Shown here: piece by piece, positions 10,236 through 19,769 of the stretch | Layout of the letters: every line of letters begins with the position of its first letter | Position numbering within the stretch: the first letter of the stretch is position 1 | From: Hyalangium minutum | GTDB lineage: Bacteria > Myxococcota > Myxococcia > Myxococcales > Myxococcaceae | NCBI RefSeq assembly: GCF_000737315.1 | Contig: NZ_JMCB01000002.1 | Coordinates: forward strand, 670,718 to 734,717 | DNA: 64,000 nucleotides | Direction: 5' to 3' | Notes under the pieces: generated by a model | What the model was told of the DNA's origin: nothing | The model's database searches: none | Seen by the model: only the letters and a program-made list of their open reading frames with translations | Made by a program: the position numbers and the translations under genes

Positions 10236-10356
10236 TCGGGACGCATCGAAGCGAGGCTGAAGGAGGTTCCCCCCCACCCCTTCAGCACTTCCGGTGAGTC
10301 ACTTATGAAGACCCGCGGCCCGGCTCCCTTTTGGGGTGCCGGGCCGCCTTCATTTT
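10236..10356 (+). ncRNA. pxr: Pxr-like small regulatory RNA (ends approximate)
   Basis: Lies between an NtrC-type regulator and a GNAT, as at the M. xanthus pxr locus; sigma54 promoter; hairpin GCTGAAGG...CCTTCAGC with C-rich loop (10256-10286), short middle stem, terminal hairpin GCGGCCCGGC...GCCGGGCCGC (10315-10347) then a T-rich tail. Confidence 0.8.
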
Positions 10357-11157
10357 ATGGCACTGAGGCCTGGCACTCCCGCGGACTACGCAGTCTTCGC
10401 TCGGCTCTTCCTGGAGCTCGGGGTGCGCGAGCCGCCTCCTTCTCCCGAGGTGTGGGCCGCGGAGCTCATGCCCCTCACGCAATTCCATGATGGGCCTCAG
10501 GGACCCGTGGCGTACGTGGCGGCGGATGTGCTGGGGGACCTGGGCTACGTGGTGCAGCTCGTGGTGGATGGGGCCGCCCAACGGCAGGGGCTGGGCCGGC
10601 GGATGATGCAGGAGGTGGCGGCGCACTTCCGGGCCCGAGGCTGCACACGCTGGGGCCTGAACGTGAAGCGGGACAACACCGCGGCGCTCGCGCTCTATGG
10701 CTCCTTCGGCATGAAGCCGCTGCGTGAGGCGGTGTCGCTGACGGTCTCCCGGGCCCAGGTGGCGGCGCTCCCCGCCGCGCCCGAGAGCCTCCAGGTGGTG
10801 CCCGTGGTGGAGTCCGAGTGGGCACCGCTCACGGCGGCCTTCCAGATGATGCCGGAGAAGCTGGCGCGGTTCTCGAAGCGGGCTTCGCACCAGTTGCTGC
10901 GGCTGCACCAGCCCGGAGCTCTCGAGCCGATGCGCCTGGGGATGATGGACCTGCGTCAGGGGGGGGTGCTCTTTCCGTTCTTCGCGGCCACGCCGGGACA
11001 TGCGCGCGCGCTGCTCGAGGACGCCTTCCGCCGCTCGGGTGTCGAGGCGCTCCACGTGGCCGTGACGGACGACGCGCCGCTCGCGGAGGTGCTGCGGGCC
11101 GCGGGGGCGGCCGTTGTCATGGAGACGCTCCAACTGCAGGGGCTGCTGGCCTCGTAG
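10357..11157 (+). CDS. GNAT family N-acetyltransferase
   Basis: Acetyl-CoA motif AQRQGLGRRMM; NVKRDNTAALALYGSFG; ATG at 10357. Confidence 0.9.
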   Translation: MALRPGTPADYAVFARLFLELGVREPPPSPEVWAAELMPLTQFHDGPQGPVAYVAADVLGDLGYVVQLVVDGAAQRQGLGRRMMQEVAAHFRARGCTRWGLNVKRDNTAALALYGSFGMKPLREAVSLTVSRAQVAALPAAPESLQVVPVVESEWAPLTAAFQMMPEKLARFSKRASHQLLRLHQPGALEPMRLGMMDLRQGGVLFPFFAATPGHARALLEDAFRRSGVEALHVAVTDDAPLAEVLRAAGAAVVMETLQLQGLLAS

Positions 11158-11898
11158 TCAGTGCAGGCTCCGCGCTTCCTGGCTCTGCCGGTAGGGGGAG
11201 AGCCGCAGCGAGTGGACGAAGCCTACGGGGGTGATGCCGCGCCCGTTGCGGTAGGGCCAGAAGCGCAGCGTGGCCGGAGGGAGCTCCACCTGTTCCAGCA
11301 GCCGCAGCTCCACCAGCGGATACCAGCGGCCAGCGGCCTCGCCTCGGAGGGGACGCACCTCGAAGGTGAAGCGGGCCTGCCCCGAGCGGCGCGCGGCTTC
11401 GAGCCGCTCCACCCGGCTGTGTCCCGGGGCGTCCACGTGGCTGGCCACGGCGCGCAGCTTCGCCCGGCCCAATCCGTTCACCAGGAAGGGGGACACCGCG
11501 TAGTAGTCGTTCTCCAGAAAGTCATGGGTGTCCGTGGAGAACGGCGCCAGCCCCAGTGTCCACGGGGAGCGCACGGTGGCGAAGAGCAGATCCTGATCGC
11601 CTGGCGAGGGCTCTTCGGTGACGGCCTCCTCCGAGCGCAGGCGCACCGCGAGCCCGAGGACATCCGGCCACTCGCGCTGTCCGCGCCAGAGGGCCGTGGA
11701 CAAACGCACCAGTGCAGGCCCCGCCAGACGCGAGGCCACCGGCTGGAGGCTCTCGCGCGGGGTGATGATTTTCACCTCGGCACGGTAGGTGATGCCCTCG
11801 GGGTGCAGGAGCCGCGCATGCCGCAGCGTTGCTCCCACCCGGACGGCGGGCCCCCAGATGCCGCCGATGATCCGCCCCAGCTCCTCCGAAAACGACAT
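11158..11898 (-). CDS. Catalase-like (heme-dependent catalase superfamily) protein, 246 aa
   Basis: RLLHPEG, PDVLGLAVR, DLLF, LRFWP and R..PYRQSQEAR motifs; AGGAG RBS before ATG 11898. Confidence 0.7.
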   Translation of the reverse strand: MSFSEELGRIIGGIWGPAVRVGATLRHARLLHPEGITYRAEVKIITPRESLQPVASRLAGPALVRLSTALWRGQREWPDVLGLAVRLRSEEAVTEEPSPGDQDLLFATVRSPWTLGLAPFSTDTHDFLENDYYAVSPFLVNGLGRAKLRAVASHVDAPGHSRVERLEAARRSGQARFTFEVRPLRGEAAGRWYPLVELRLLEQVELPPATLRFWPYRNGRGITPVGFVHSLRLSPYRQSQEARSLH

Positions 11899-12000
11899 GC
11901 GGAGACTCCTCCCGGGCCAAAGGTGGAGCGCGGGGTGGGCGGCGCAAAGCGCCAGGGGCGCAGGCTCGTCTGCCTGCCCGCAGGGCGGAAGCGAGGGTTG

Positions 12001-12041
12001 AAAAGACGACGCCCGTCCAGGCACGGGGCCAGGACGGGCGT
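12001..12041 (-). terminator. Intrinsic terminator of the nuo operon
   Basis: ACGCCCGTCC...GGACGGGCGT stem followed on the minus strand by CGTCTTTT. Confidence 0.65.
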
Positions 12042-12070
12042 GGGTGAAACGGGACCGGTGGGCGTGGGGA

Positions 12071-13639
12071 CTACTGGCCTCCGAAGAGGCTGCCAGCCTG
12101 AGTGAGCCACTCGGTGAGCGAGCCCGGGAGGATGCCCAGCACCACCACGGCAGCGGTGGAGAGCACCAAGGTGAGCTCGGTGCCCCAGTTGCGCTCCAGC
12201 GTGTGAGCGCCCTCGGGCACGGGCCGCATGAACATGTAAACGACGACGCGCAGGTAGTAGTACACGCCGGCCGCGCTGGAGAGCACGCCCACGATGGCCA
12301 GACCGATGAGGCCCGTGTCCACGGCGCTGCGGAAGATGAGCAGCTTGCCCATGAAGCCCATGGTGGGAGGGATGCCGCCCAGCGAGAGCATGAAGGCGGC
12401 CATCGCGAACGCCCAGCCCGGCCGGCGCTGCGCGAGCCCGCTGAAGCGGTCCAGGTCCCACGCCGTGCCCTTGTCCTCATCCTCGCGGCGCTCGAGCGCG
12501 GAGACGAGGGCGAAGGCGCCCACGGCGGTGACGGTGTAGGCCAGCAGGTAGAAGAGGATGCCGCGCAGCGCGTCCGCCTGGGCCTTGGCCACGTCCAGCG
12601 TGGCGCCCTCGTTGAGCGCGGTGGAGCCCAGCAGCGAGAAGCCCGCCTTGGGGTGGGTGACGAAGAGGGCGGCCACGCCCACCAGCAGGTAGCCGGCGTG
12701 GGCAATGGAGGAGTACGCCAGCATGCGCTTCACGTTGCGCTGCGGGATGGCCAGCAGGTTGCCGACGATCATCGTCAGGAACGCGAGCGTGGAGAAGATG
12801 ATGAAGGGCACCTGCGGATCCATGCCCTTGCTCACCGAGAGGAACACGCGCACCAGGGCGGCGAAGGCCGCGGCCTTCACGCCGGCGCTCATGAGCGCGG
12901 TGACAGGGGTGGGCGCGCCCTCGTACACGTCCGGCGTCCACATGTGGAAGGGCACGGCGGCCACCTTGAAGGCGAAGCCCGAGGCCACCAGGATGACGCC
13001 GCAGTACACCAGCGCCTTGTGGTCCACCACCGCCTGGCCCAGGTTCTGGGTCAGCTGGGACAGCATCGTGGTGCCGGTGGCCCCGTAGAGCAGCGCCGCG
13101 CCGTACAGCAGCACCGCCGAGGAGAACGCACCCAGGATGAAGTACTTGAAGCCCGCCTCGCTGGGCCGCGTGCCGCGGCGCAGGTATGAGGTAAGGGCAT
13201 AGGTGCCGATGGAGAGCACCTCGATGTTGACGAAGATGGTGATGAGCTCGTTGGAGATGGCCAGCAGGCTCATGCCTGCGGTGGCGAACATCATCAGCGC
13301 GTAGAACTCACCGCGCTCGGCGCCGCGCCGGTGCAGGAAGCCCGCGGAGCTCAGGGCGGCCAGCCCCAGGCCCACGCAGAGGATGAGCGAGAGGAAACTG
13401 GAGAACGGATCCAGCACCGCGTACCCGAGGAACACCTTCTGCGCCGGCTGGAACATCAGCCACACGGAGAGGATGCCGCCCAGGGCGGCGGTTCCCGCGG
13501 TCAGCACCGCCTGGTAGGCGCGCGACGAGGTGGCGGAGAGGAAGACCTCCGAGAGCAGCAGGACGCACGCTCCGGCCACCAGGAGGATGGCCGGCAGCAG
13601 CGGGAGGAAGTCTGCCGAGGTGATGTTGGGCAGGTTCAT
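12071..13639 (-). CDS. nuoN: NADH-quinone oxidoreductase subunit N
   Basis: EAGFKYFILG, FKVAAVPFHMWTPDVYEGAPTP and KRMLAYSSIAHAGY. Confidence 0.96.
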   Translation of the reverse strand: MNLPNITSADFLPLLPAILLVAGACVLLLSEVFLSATSSRAYQAVLTAGTAALGGILSVWLMFQPAQKVFLGYAVLDPFSSFLSLILCVGLGLAALSSAGFLHRRGAERGEFYALMMFATAGMSLLAISNELITIFVNIEVLSIGTYALTSYLRRGTRPSEAGFKYFILGAFSSAVLLYGAALLYGATGTTMLSQLTQNLGQAVVDHKALVYCGVILVASGFAFKVAAVPFHMWTPDVYEGAPTPVTALMSAGVKAAAFAALVRVFLSVSKGMDPQVPFIIFSTLAFLTMIVGNLLAIPQRNVKRMLAYSSIAHAGYLLVGVAALFVTHPKAGFSLLGSTALNEGATLDVAKAQADALRGILFYLLAYTVTAVGAFALVSALERREDEDKGTAWDLDRFSGLAQRRPGWAFAMAAFMLSLGGIPPTMGFMGKLLIFRSAVDTGLIGLAIVGVLSSAAGVYYYLRVVVYMFMRPVPEGAHTLERNWGTELTLVLSTAAVVVLGILPGSLTEWLTQAGSLFGGQ

Positions 13640-13654
13640 GGCGGGAGGGGGTCC

Positions 13655-15364
13655 TTACTGCTGGGCCGTCGGGAGGACGGCGGCCGGAGCGGCGGCGAGC
13701 GGACTGGAGGGACGGAGGGGTGCGGCCGCCGTCTTCTCGGCGGGCAGCGGCATGACCTGGATGGGCAGCTGGTTCTGGTCCGGCGTGGCGCCCGGGGTGC
13801 CCACGCTGGCGCGGGCGATGAAGCGGTTGGTGGAGGGCGCCAGGCGGTCCAGGAAGGGCTGCGGCTGCAGGCCCATGACGAGCACCAGCACCAGGAAGGG
13901 CGCCACAGTGACGAACTCGCGCAGGTTGATGTCCGGCAGGAACTGGTTCTCGCGGTGGGTGAGGCTGCCGAAGAACACCTTCTGCACCATCCACAGCATG
14001 TACGCCGCGCCGAGGATGACGCCCGTGGTGGCGAACACGCCGAACGCCGGGTGCAGGCTGCTCTTGAAGGTGCCCAGCAGCACCAGGAACTCACCGATGA
14101 AGCCGTTGGTGCCCGGCACCGCCACCGAGGAGAAGGTGATGATGAGGAACGAGGCCGTGTACACCGGCATGACCTTGGCGATGCCACCGAAGTCCGCCAT
14201 GAGGCGGGTGTGGCGGCGCTCGTAGAGGAAGCCGAACAGGAGGAACAGCGCGCCCGTGGACACGCCGTGGTTCAGCATCTGGTACGCGCTGCCCGTGGCG
14301 CCCTCGGCGGTGAGCGCCAGCATGCCCAGCATGCAGTAGCCCAGGTGGCTCACGGACGAGTAGGCGATGAGCTTCTTGATGTCCCGCTGCGCCAGGCACA
14401 TCAGCGCGCCGTAGACGATGCCCACCACCGACAGCGTGGCGAGCAGCGGACGGGCCTGCTGGGTGGCCACCGGGAACAGCGGGATGGCGAAGCGCCAGAA
14501 GCCGAAGGTGCCCATCTTCAGCATGACGCCGGCCAGAATCATGGAGCCCGCCACGGGTGCCTGCACGTGCGCATCCGGCAGCCACGTGTGCACCGGCCAC
14601 ATCGGCACCTTGATGGCGAAGGCGATCGCGAACGCGGCGAACATCACCGGGCCCCAAGTATGGAGCGTGCGAGCCAGGCCGCTGACGTTGTCACACGAGC
14701 CCGCGGCGGTGCAGCGGGCCAGTTCCTGGTTGGCACCTAGGAGCGCGTTGTAGATGGAGGCGTAGTCGAACGAGCGCTCACCGGCGCCGCCCGCGATGAA
14801 GTACACCGCGACGATGGCCACCAGCATCAGCAGCGAGCCGGCCAGGGTGTAGAGGAAGAACTTCACCGCCGCCATCTGGCGATCCTCGGCGCCCCACACG
14901 CCCACCATCAGGTACATGGGGATGAGCATCGCCTCGAAGAAGACGTAGAAGAGCAGCACGTCCAGCGACACCAGCGCGCCCAGCATCGTCGTCTGGAGCA
15001 CCAGCAGCGCTAGGTGGAACTCCTTGATGCGGTGGCTGATGTACGTCTGCGAGGCCAGCACCACGAGGGGCCCGAGGAACACGGTGAGCAGCAGCAGGCT
15101 CGCCGCGATACCGTCCATGCCCACGTGGTAGCTCAGCCCGAACTCGGTGAACCACGGCACGCGGTACTCGAGCTGGAACTCGGGGCCGCCCGGCAGGTAG
15201 CGCAAATAGGCCCAGACCCCGAACACCAGGTCCACCAGCATGCCAATGAGCGTGACGGTGCGGATCTGCCCGTGCTCACCCTGGGGCAGCAGCACCACCA
15301 GGGCCGCGAACACGAGCGGCAGGAAGATGACGATGTTCAGCAGGTGGGTGTCGAAGAAGCCCAT
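13655..15364 (-). CDS. nuoM: NADH-quinone oxidoreductase subunit M
   Basis: KVPMWPVHTWLPDAHVQAP, KKLIAYSSVSHLG and NHGVSTGALF. Confidence 0.96.
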   Translation of the reverse strand: MGFFDTHLLNIVIFLPLVFAALVVLLPQGEHGQIRTVTLIGMLVDLVFGVWAYLRYLPGGPEFQLEYRVPWFTEFGLSYHVGMDGIAASLLLLTVFLGPLVVLASQTYISHRIKEFHLALLVLQTTMLGALVSLDVLLFYVFFEAMLIPMYLMVGVWGAEDRQMAAVKFFLYTLAGSLLMLVAIVAVYFIAGGAGERSFDYASIYNALLGANQELARCTAAGSCDNVSGLARTLHTWGPVMFAAFAIAFAIKVPMWPVHTWLPDAHVQAPVAGSMILAGVMLKMGTFGFWRFAIPLFPVATQQARPLLATLSVVGIVYGALMCLAQRDIKKLIAYSSVSHLGYCMLGMLALTAEGATGSAYQMLNHGVSTGALFLLFGFLYERRHTRLMADFGGIAKVMPVYTASFLIITFSSVAVPGTNGFIGEFLVLLGTFKSSLHPAFGVFATTGVILGAAYMLWMVQKVFFGSLTHRENQFLPDINLREFVTVAPFLVLVLVMGLQPQPFLDRLAPSTNRFIARASVGTPGATPDQNQLPIQVMPLPAEKTAAAPLRPSSPLAAAPAAVLPTAQQ

Positions 15365-17563
15365 TTAGAACACCTTGAGGATTGCGTAGAGCACACCGCC
15401 CAGCAGGGCCAGCGCCATGACCGCGGCGTAGGCCTGCGCATCACCGGTCTGCAGGTAGCGCAGCGCGCTGCCCACGCGAGCCGTGACCCATGCCGTGCCG
15501 CGCACCGCCACCGTGTCGATGAGCAGCGCGTCCACGACGCGGAAGAGCACGAAGCTCATGAACTTCACCGGGCGGATGATGAGGAACTCGTAAAGCTCAT
15601 CCACGTAGAACTTGTTCTGCGCCACCCGGCGCACCACGCGCGCGAAGGCCGGGGCCGGCTTCTCTCCCCAGGACGGGAAGAACTTCAGGTACAGGAACGC
15701 CGCCACCGCGCCGCCAATCGTCACGCACACCCAGGCGAACCCGTAGTCGCCGAAGGTGGGCTTGCTGGTGTCCAGCTCCACCGTGCCCGCCTGGCTGGCG
15801 ATGCGGTTGGCCGCGTTGAACACCGGGCTGAGGAAGTTCTCCATCAGCGCCTGCGGCGAGTTGGGCAGCAGCGCGAACGCGTACACCGCCGAGCCGATGC
15901 TGAGCACCGCCAGGATGAACAGCGGCAGCGTCATGTACCAGGAGCTCTCGTGCGCGTGCGCCAGCTTGGCCTCGGGCGAGCGCTTGCCCTCGAACGTCAG
16001 CAGGTACAGGCGCGTCATGTAGAAGGCCGTGCACATCGCGATGCCCACGCCCACCGGGTAGAGCACCTTGGACACCCACTCCAGGCCGTGCAGGTGGTTG
16101 TGGTGCACGCCGTGGAAGATGGCGTCCTTCGAGAAGAAGCCGGACAGCGGGATGATGCCGGTGATGGCCGCCGTGGCGATGAAGAACGTGAGCCACGTCC
16201 AGAACATCTCCTTGCGCACCCCGCCCAGCTTCTTGATGTCCGTCTCGTCCCCGTTGCCGTGCATCACGCTGCCGGCGCCGAGGAACAGACACGCCTTGAA
16301 GAACGCGTGGGTGACGAGGTGGAACACCGCCGCCCAGAAGACGCCCATGCCCACGCCCATGAACATGATGCCGAGCTGGGACACGGTGGAGTAGGCCAGC
16401 ACCTTCTTGATGTCGTCCTGCGCGAAGGCGATCAGCGCCGCCAGCAGCGAGGTGGCCGCGCCCACGATGGCGATGGCCGCCATGGCGGTGGGGCTGAGCA
16501 CCAGCAGGAAGCTCATGCGGCTGAACAGGTAGACGCCCGCGGTGACCATCGTCGCCGCGTGGATGAGGGCGGAGACCGGCGTCGGGCCGGCCATGGCGTC
16601 CGGCAGCCACACGTACAGGGGCAGCTGGGCGCTCTTGCCCGCCGCGCCCAGGAGGAACAGCAGCATGGCCACCGTGAGCACGCCGCCGTAGGTGCGGCCC
16701 TCGAGCGGCCCCGAGTTGATGGGCGTGTCCAGCTTCACCGCGCCGCTGGCCTCGGGCATGGCGCGAGCGAAGGTCTCCAGGCCCTGGAAGGTGACGGGGC
16801 CGCGCTGGTCCAGGCCGGCCACATACCGGCCCGTGGTGCTGCCCACCGGCTGCAGGTCCGCGTCGCTGGCCTGACGCGAGAAGGCGCCCACCAGAATGAC
16901 GATGAGGAACGTGGCGATGAGGAACGCGAAGTCGCCGATGCGGTTGGTGATGAACGCCTTGCGGCCCGCCCACGCCTTGGCCGCGTCGTTGTACCAGAAG
17001 CCGATGAGCAGGTAGCTCGCCATGCCCACGCCCTCCCAGCCCACGAAGAGCAGGACGAGGTTGTCGGCCATGACCAGCGTCAGCATCATCGCGACGAACA
17101 GGTTGAGGTACGCGAAGTACCGCCAGTACCCCTCGTCGTGCTCCATGTAGCTGGTGGAGTACAGGTGGATGAGGAAGCCCACGCCGGTGATGACCAGCAG
17201 CAGCGTCCCGGACAGGTGGTCCACCAGCAGCCCGAAGTTCACCCGGAAGTCGCCCGCGCTGAACCACGTGCCCAGGTCATTCCACAGGGCGTAGCGCGCC
17301 GGCGAGCCGCCGAAGGTGTTCATCACGGACACGGGCACGCCGCTGTCCGTGTGGCTGGTGGCCCAGAACGCCAGCACCGCCAGCACGAAGGAGCCTGCCA
17401 CGGCGGAGCAGGCAATGAGATGTACGTTGGCCCGGCCCAGCATCTTGCCGAACACGCCGCAGATGAACGCGCCCAGCAGCGGCAGGGCGATGATCATCCA
17501 CAGCGATTGCGACAGCACGTCCGGGGCGATGGGCGCGGTCTTGAGGAGACTGGAGAAGTCCAT
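15365..17563 (-). CDS. nuoL: NADH-quinone oxidoreductase subunit L
   Basis: GKSAQLPLYVWLPDAMAGPTPVSALIHAATMVTAG and KKVLAYSTVSQLG. Confidence 0.97.
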   Translation of the reverse strand: MDFSSLLKTAPIAPDVLSQSLWMIIALPLLGAFICGVFGKMLGRANVHLIACSAVAGSFVLAVLAFWATSHTDSGVPVSVMNTFGGSPARYALWNDLGTWFSAGDFRVNFGLLVDHLSGTLLLVITGVGFLIHLYSTSYMEHDEGYWRYFAYLNLFVAMMLTLVMADNLVLLFVGWEGVGMASYLLIGFWYNDAAKAWAGRKAFITNRIGDFAFLIATFLIVILVGAFSRQASDADLQPVGSTTGRYVAGLDQRGPVTFQGLETFARAMPEASGAVKLDTPINSGPLEGRTYGGVLTVAMLLFLLGAAGKSAQLPLYVWLPDAMAGPTPVSALIHAATMVTAGVYLFSRMSFLLVLSPTAMAAIAIVGAATSLLAALIAFAQDDIKKVLAYSTVSQLGIMFMGVGMGVFWAAVFHLVTHAFFKACLFLGAGSVMHGNGDETDIKKLGGVRKEMFWTWLTFFIATAAITGIIPLSGFFSKDAIFHGVHHNHLHGLEWVSKVLYPVGVGIAMCTAFYMTRLYLLTFEGKRSPEAKLAHAHESSWYMTLPLFILAVLSIGSAVYAFALLPNSPQALMENFLSPVFNAANRIASQAGTVELDTSKPTFGDYGFAWVCVTIGGAVAAFLYLKFFPSWGEKPAPAFARVVRRVAQNKFYVDELYEFLIIRPVKFMSFVLFRVVDALLIDTVAVRGTAWVTARVGSALRYLQTGDAQAYAAVMALALLGGVLYAILKVF

Positions 17564-17595
17564 AGGAGGAAGCTCTCGAAGGGCGGGGGACCGCG

Positions 17596-17901
17596 TCAGT
17601 GCTTCATCGTCTTGATGTCTTCGATGTTCACGCTGCCTCGGCTGCGGAACACGGCGATGACAATGGCCAGGCCCACGGCGGCTTCGGCGGCGGCCACCGC
17701 GATGACGAAGAAGGCGGAGATGTGGCCGATGTCGTCACCGCGCATGCGCGCGAAGGCGAGGAACGTCAGGTTCGCCGCGTTGAGCATCAGCTCCACGCAC
17801 ATGAACACCACCAGGGCGTTGCGGCGCACCAGCACGCCGAACATGCCGAGGCAGAACAGCGCGGCGGCCAGAAACAGGGCTAACCAGGGGATGGGGTACA
17901 T
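17596..17901 (-). CDS. nuoK: NADH-quinone oxidoreductase subunit K
   Basis: ELMLNAANL and [11 protein letters not shown]. Confidence 0.96.
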   Translation of the reverse strand: MYPIPWLALFLAAALFCLGMFGVLVRRNALVVFMCVELMLNAANLTFLAFARMRGDDIGHISAFFVIAVAAAEAAVGLAIVIAVFRSRGSVNIEDIKTMKH

Positions 17902-17905
17902 GGAG

Positions 17906-18409
17906 TTAGATCCTCGACTTGGCGACGACCACCGCGCCCACCATCGCCACCAGGAGCAGCAAGCTCACCGCCTCGAAGGGCAGCAGCCACGTCGTGAAGA
18001 TGGCCTGGCCAATCGTCTTCAGCGTGCCGAAGCTCTGCTCGTTGCCGCCCAGTGAGGCCACGTCCTTGGGCACCCGGGCCAGCGCCAGGGACAGCACCGC
18101 CAGCAGGCCCACCGCCGAGCCGCCGCCCAGGATGCGCGAGAACGTCATCCGCGCGCTGGGCGCTTCATCTCCCAGGTTCAGCAGCATGATGACGAACAGG
18201 AACAGCACCATGATGGCGCCCGCGTACACGAGCACCTGCAGGGCCGCCACGGTGTGCGCCCACAGCAGCACGTAGACGCCCGCCAGGAAGAAGAAGGTGG
18301 AGACCAGCGCCATCGCCGAGCTGATGGGGCTCTTGGCGAAGATGACCAGCGCCGCCGACAGCAGCGTCAGGACCGCGAACGCTCCGAAGAGGATGTGCTC
18401 GATGCTCAA
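17906..18409 (-). CDS. nuoJ: NADH-quinone oxidoreductase subunit J
   Basis: [20 protein letters not shown] and [16 protein letters not shown]. Confidence 0.95.
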   Translation of the reverse strand: MSIEHILFGAFAVLTLLSAALVIFAKSPISSAMALVSTFFFLAGVYVLLWAHTVAALQVLVYAGAIMVLFLFVIMLLNLGDEAPSARMTFSRILGGGSAVGLLAVLSLALARVPKDVASLGGNEQSFGTLKTIGQAIFTTWLLPFEAVSLLLLVAMVGAVVVAKSRI

Positions 18410-19740
18410 GACCAGTCTCCGAACGCACCCCAGGGCTTGTCGCCGAACGGGCAGCGCTTCTCGTGGATGTGCGCCTCGAACTCGGCGCGATACCGCATGA
18501 GGAACGAGTGCGTGGGCAGCGCTGCCGCGTCACCCAGCGCGCAGATGGTGTTGCCCAGGCCGATCGGCGGGTAGGGCGCGATGGAGGAGGCCACGTTGCT
18601 GAGCAGCTCCAAGTCACTCGGCTCGCCGCGGCCCTCTTCAATCTTGCGCAGCAGCCGCGTCTGCCACGGCGTGCCCTCGCGGCACGGGGTGCACTGGCCG
18701 CAGGACTCCTCGGCGTAGAAGCGCGCCACGCGCCACAGGCAGCGCACCATGCACGAGCTGTCATCCATCACGATGACGCCGCCCGAGCCGGCCATCGTCT
18801 GCTTCACCTTGAGCGCCTCGAACTCCAGCGCCACGTCCAGCTCGTCCGCGCCCAGCACCGGCGCCGAGGAGCCGCCCGGAATGACCGCCTTCACCTTGCG
18901 CCCGGCGGGCATGCCGCGCCCGTACTTATCGTCGAAGATGAGCTGGGTGATGGTGGTACCCATGTCCACTTCGTAGACACCGGGGCGGTTCACCGTGCCG
19001 GACAGGCACACCAGGCGGGTGCCGCCGGACTTGTCCGTGCCGAGCTTGGCGTACCAATCCGAGCCGCGCGAGAAGACGTGCGGCACGCTGGCCAGCGTCT
19101 CCACGTTGTTCACCACCGTGGGGGAGCCGAACAGACCCACCACCGCGGGGAACGGAGGCTTCAGCCGGGGCCACCCCTTCTTGCCCTCGAGGCTCTCCAG
19201 CAGCGCCGTCTCCTCGCCGCAGATGTAGGCGCCCGCGCCGCGCACCACGTAGCAGTCGAGGTGGAAGTCCTTGCCCAGCACCGTCTTGCCGAAGATGCCG
19301 GCCTTGTACGCCTCGTTGATGGCTTCCTGCGTCCGCTGGGCGGGGAACTTGAACTCGCCGCGGATGTAGATGTAGCAGGTGTGCACGCCCAGCGCGTACG
19401 ACGCGATGGCGATGCCCTCGAGCATCATGTGCGGATCCAGCTCGAGGATGTACCGGTCCTTGAAGGTGCCCGGCTCGGACTCGTCCGCGTTCACCGCGAG
19501 GTACTTGGGCTTGGGGCTGTCCTTGGGGACGAAGCTCCACTTCAGTCCCGTGGGGAAGCCCGCGCCGCCGCGCCCGCGCAGGTTGGACTTCTTCACCTCG
19601 TCGATGATGGCCGCGGGCGCCATGTCCAGCGCCTTCTTCAGCGCCTCGTAGCCTCCGCGCTTGCGGTAGTGGTCCAGCGTCCAGGACTTGGGCTGACCCC
19701 ACGCGCCGGAGATGATCGGTTCAAAGGCCGTTGTCGCCAT
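18406..19740 (-). CDS. nuoF: NADH-quinone oxidoreductase subunit F
   Basis: LRGRGGAGFPTGLKW, GAGAYICGEETALLESLEG and ESCGQCTPCREG. Confidence 0.97.
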   Translation of the reverse strand: MATTAFEPIISGAWGQPKSWTLDHYRKRGGYEALKKALDMAPAAIIDEVKKSNLRGRGGAGFPTGLKWSFVPKDSPKPKYLAVNADESEPGTFKDRYILELDPHMMLEGIAIASYALGVHTCYIYIRGEFKFPAQRTQEAINEAYKAGIFGKTVLGKDFHLDCYVVRGAGAYICGEETALLESLEGKKGWPRLKPPFPAVVGLFGSPTVVNNVETLASVPHVFSRGSDWYAKLGTDKSGGTRLVCLSGTVNRPGVYEVDMGTTITQLIFDDKYGRGMPAGRKVKAVIPGGSSAPVLGADELDVALEFEALKVKQTMAGSGGVIVMDDSSCMVRCLWRVARFYAEESCGQCTPCREGTPWQTRLLRKIEEGRGEPSDLELLSNVASSIAPYPPIGLGNTICALGDAAALPTHSFLMRYRAEFEAHIHEKRCPFGDKPWGAFGDWS

Positions 19741-19769
19741 TGCAGTCTGGTTCCTTGGAGGAGGGCCGA

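Noticed and set aside
15014-18055. Very long opposite-strand ORFs (also 5772-8345, 30148-34977, 38141-40783, 41018-43045, 44320-47604, 26820-28454)
   Set aside because: Shadow ORFs: they lie antisense to clearly recognisable genes, have no motifs, and are expected from stop-codon scarcity in high-GC3 DNA.
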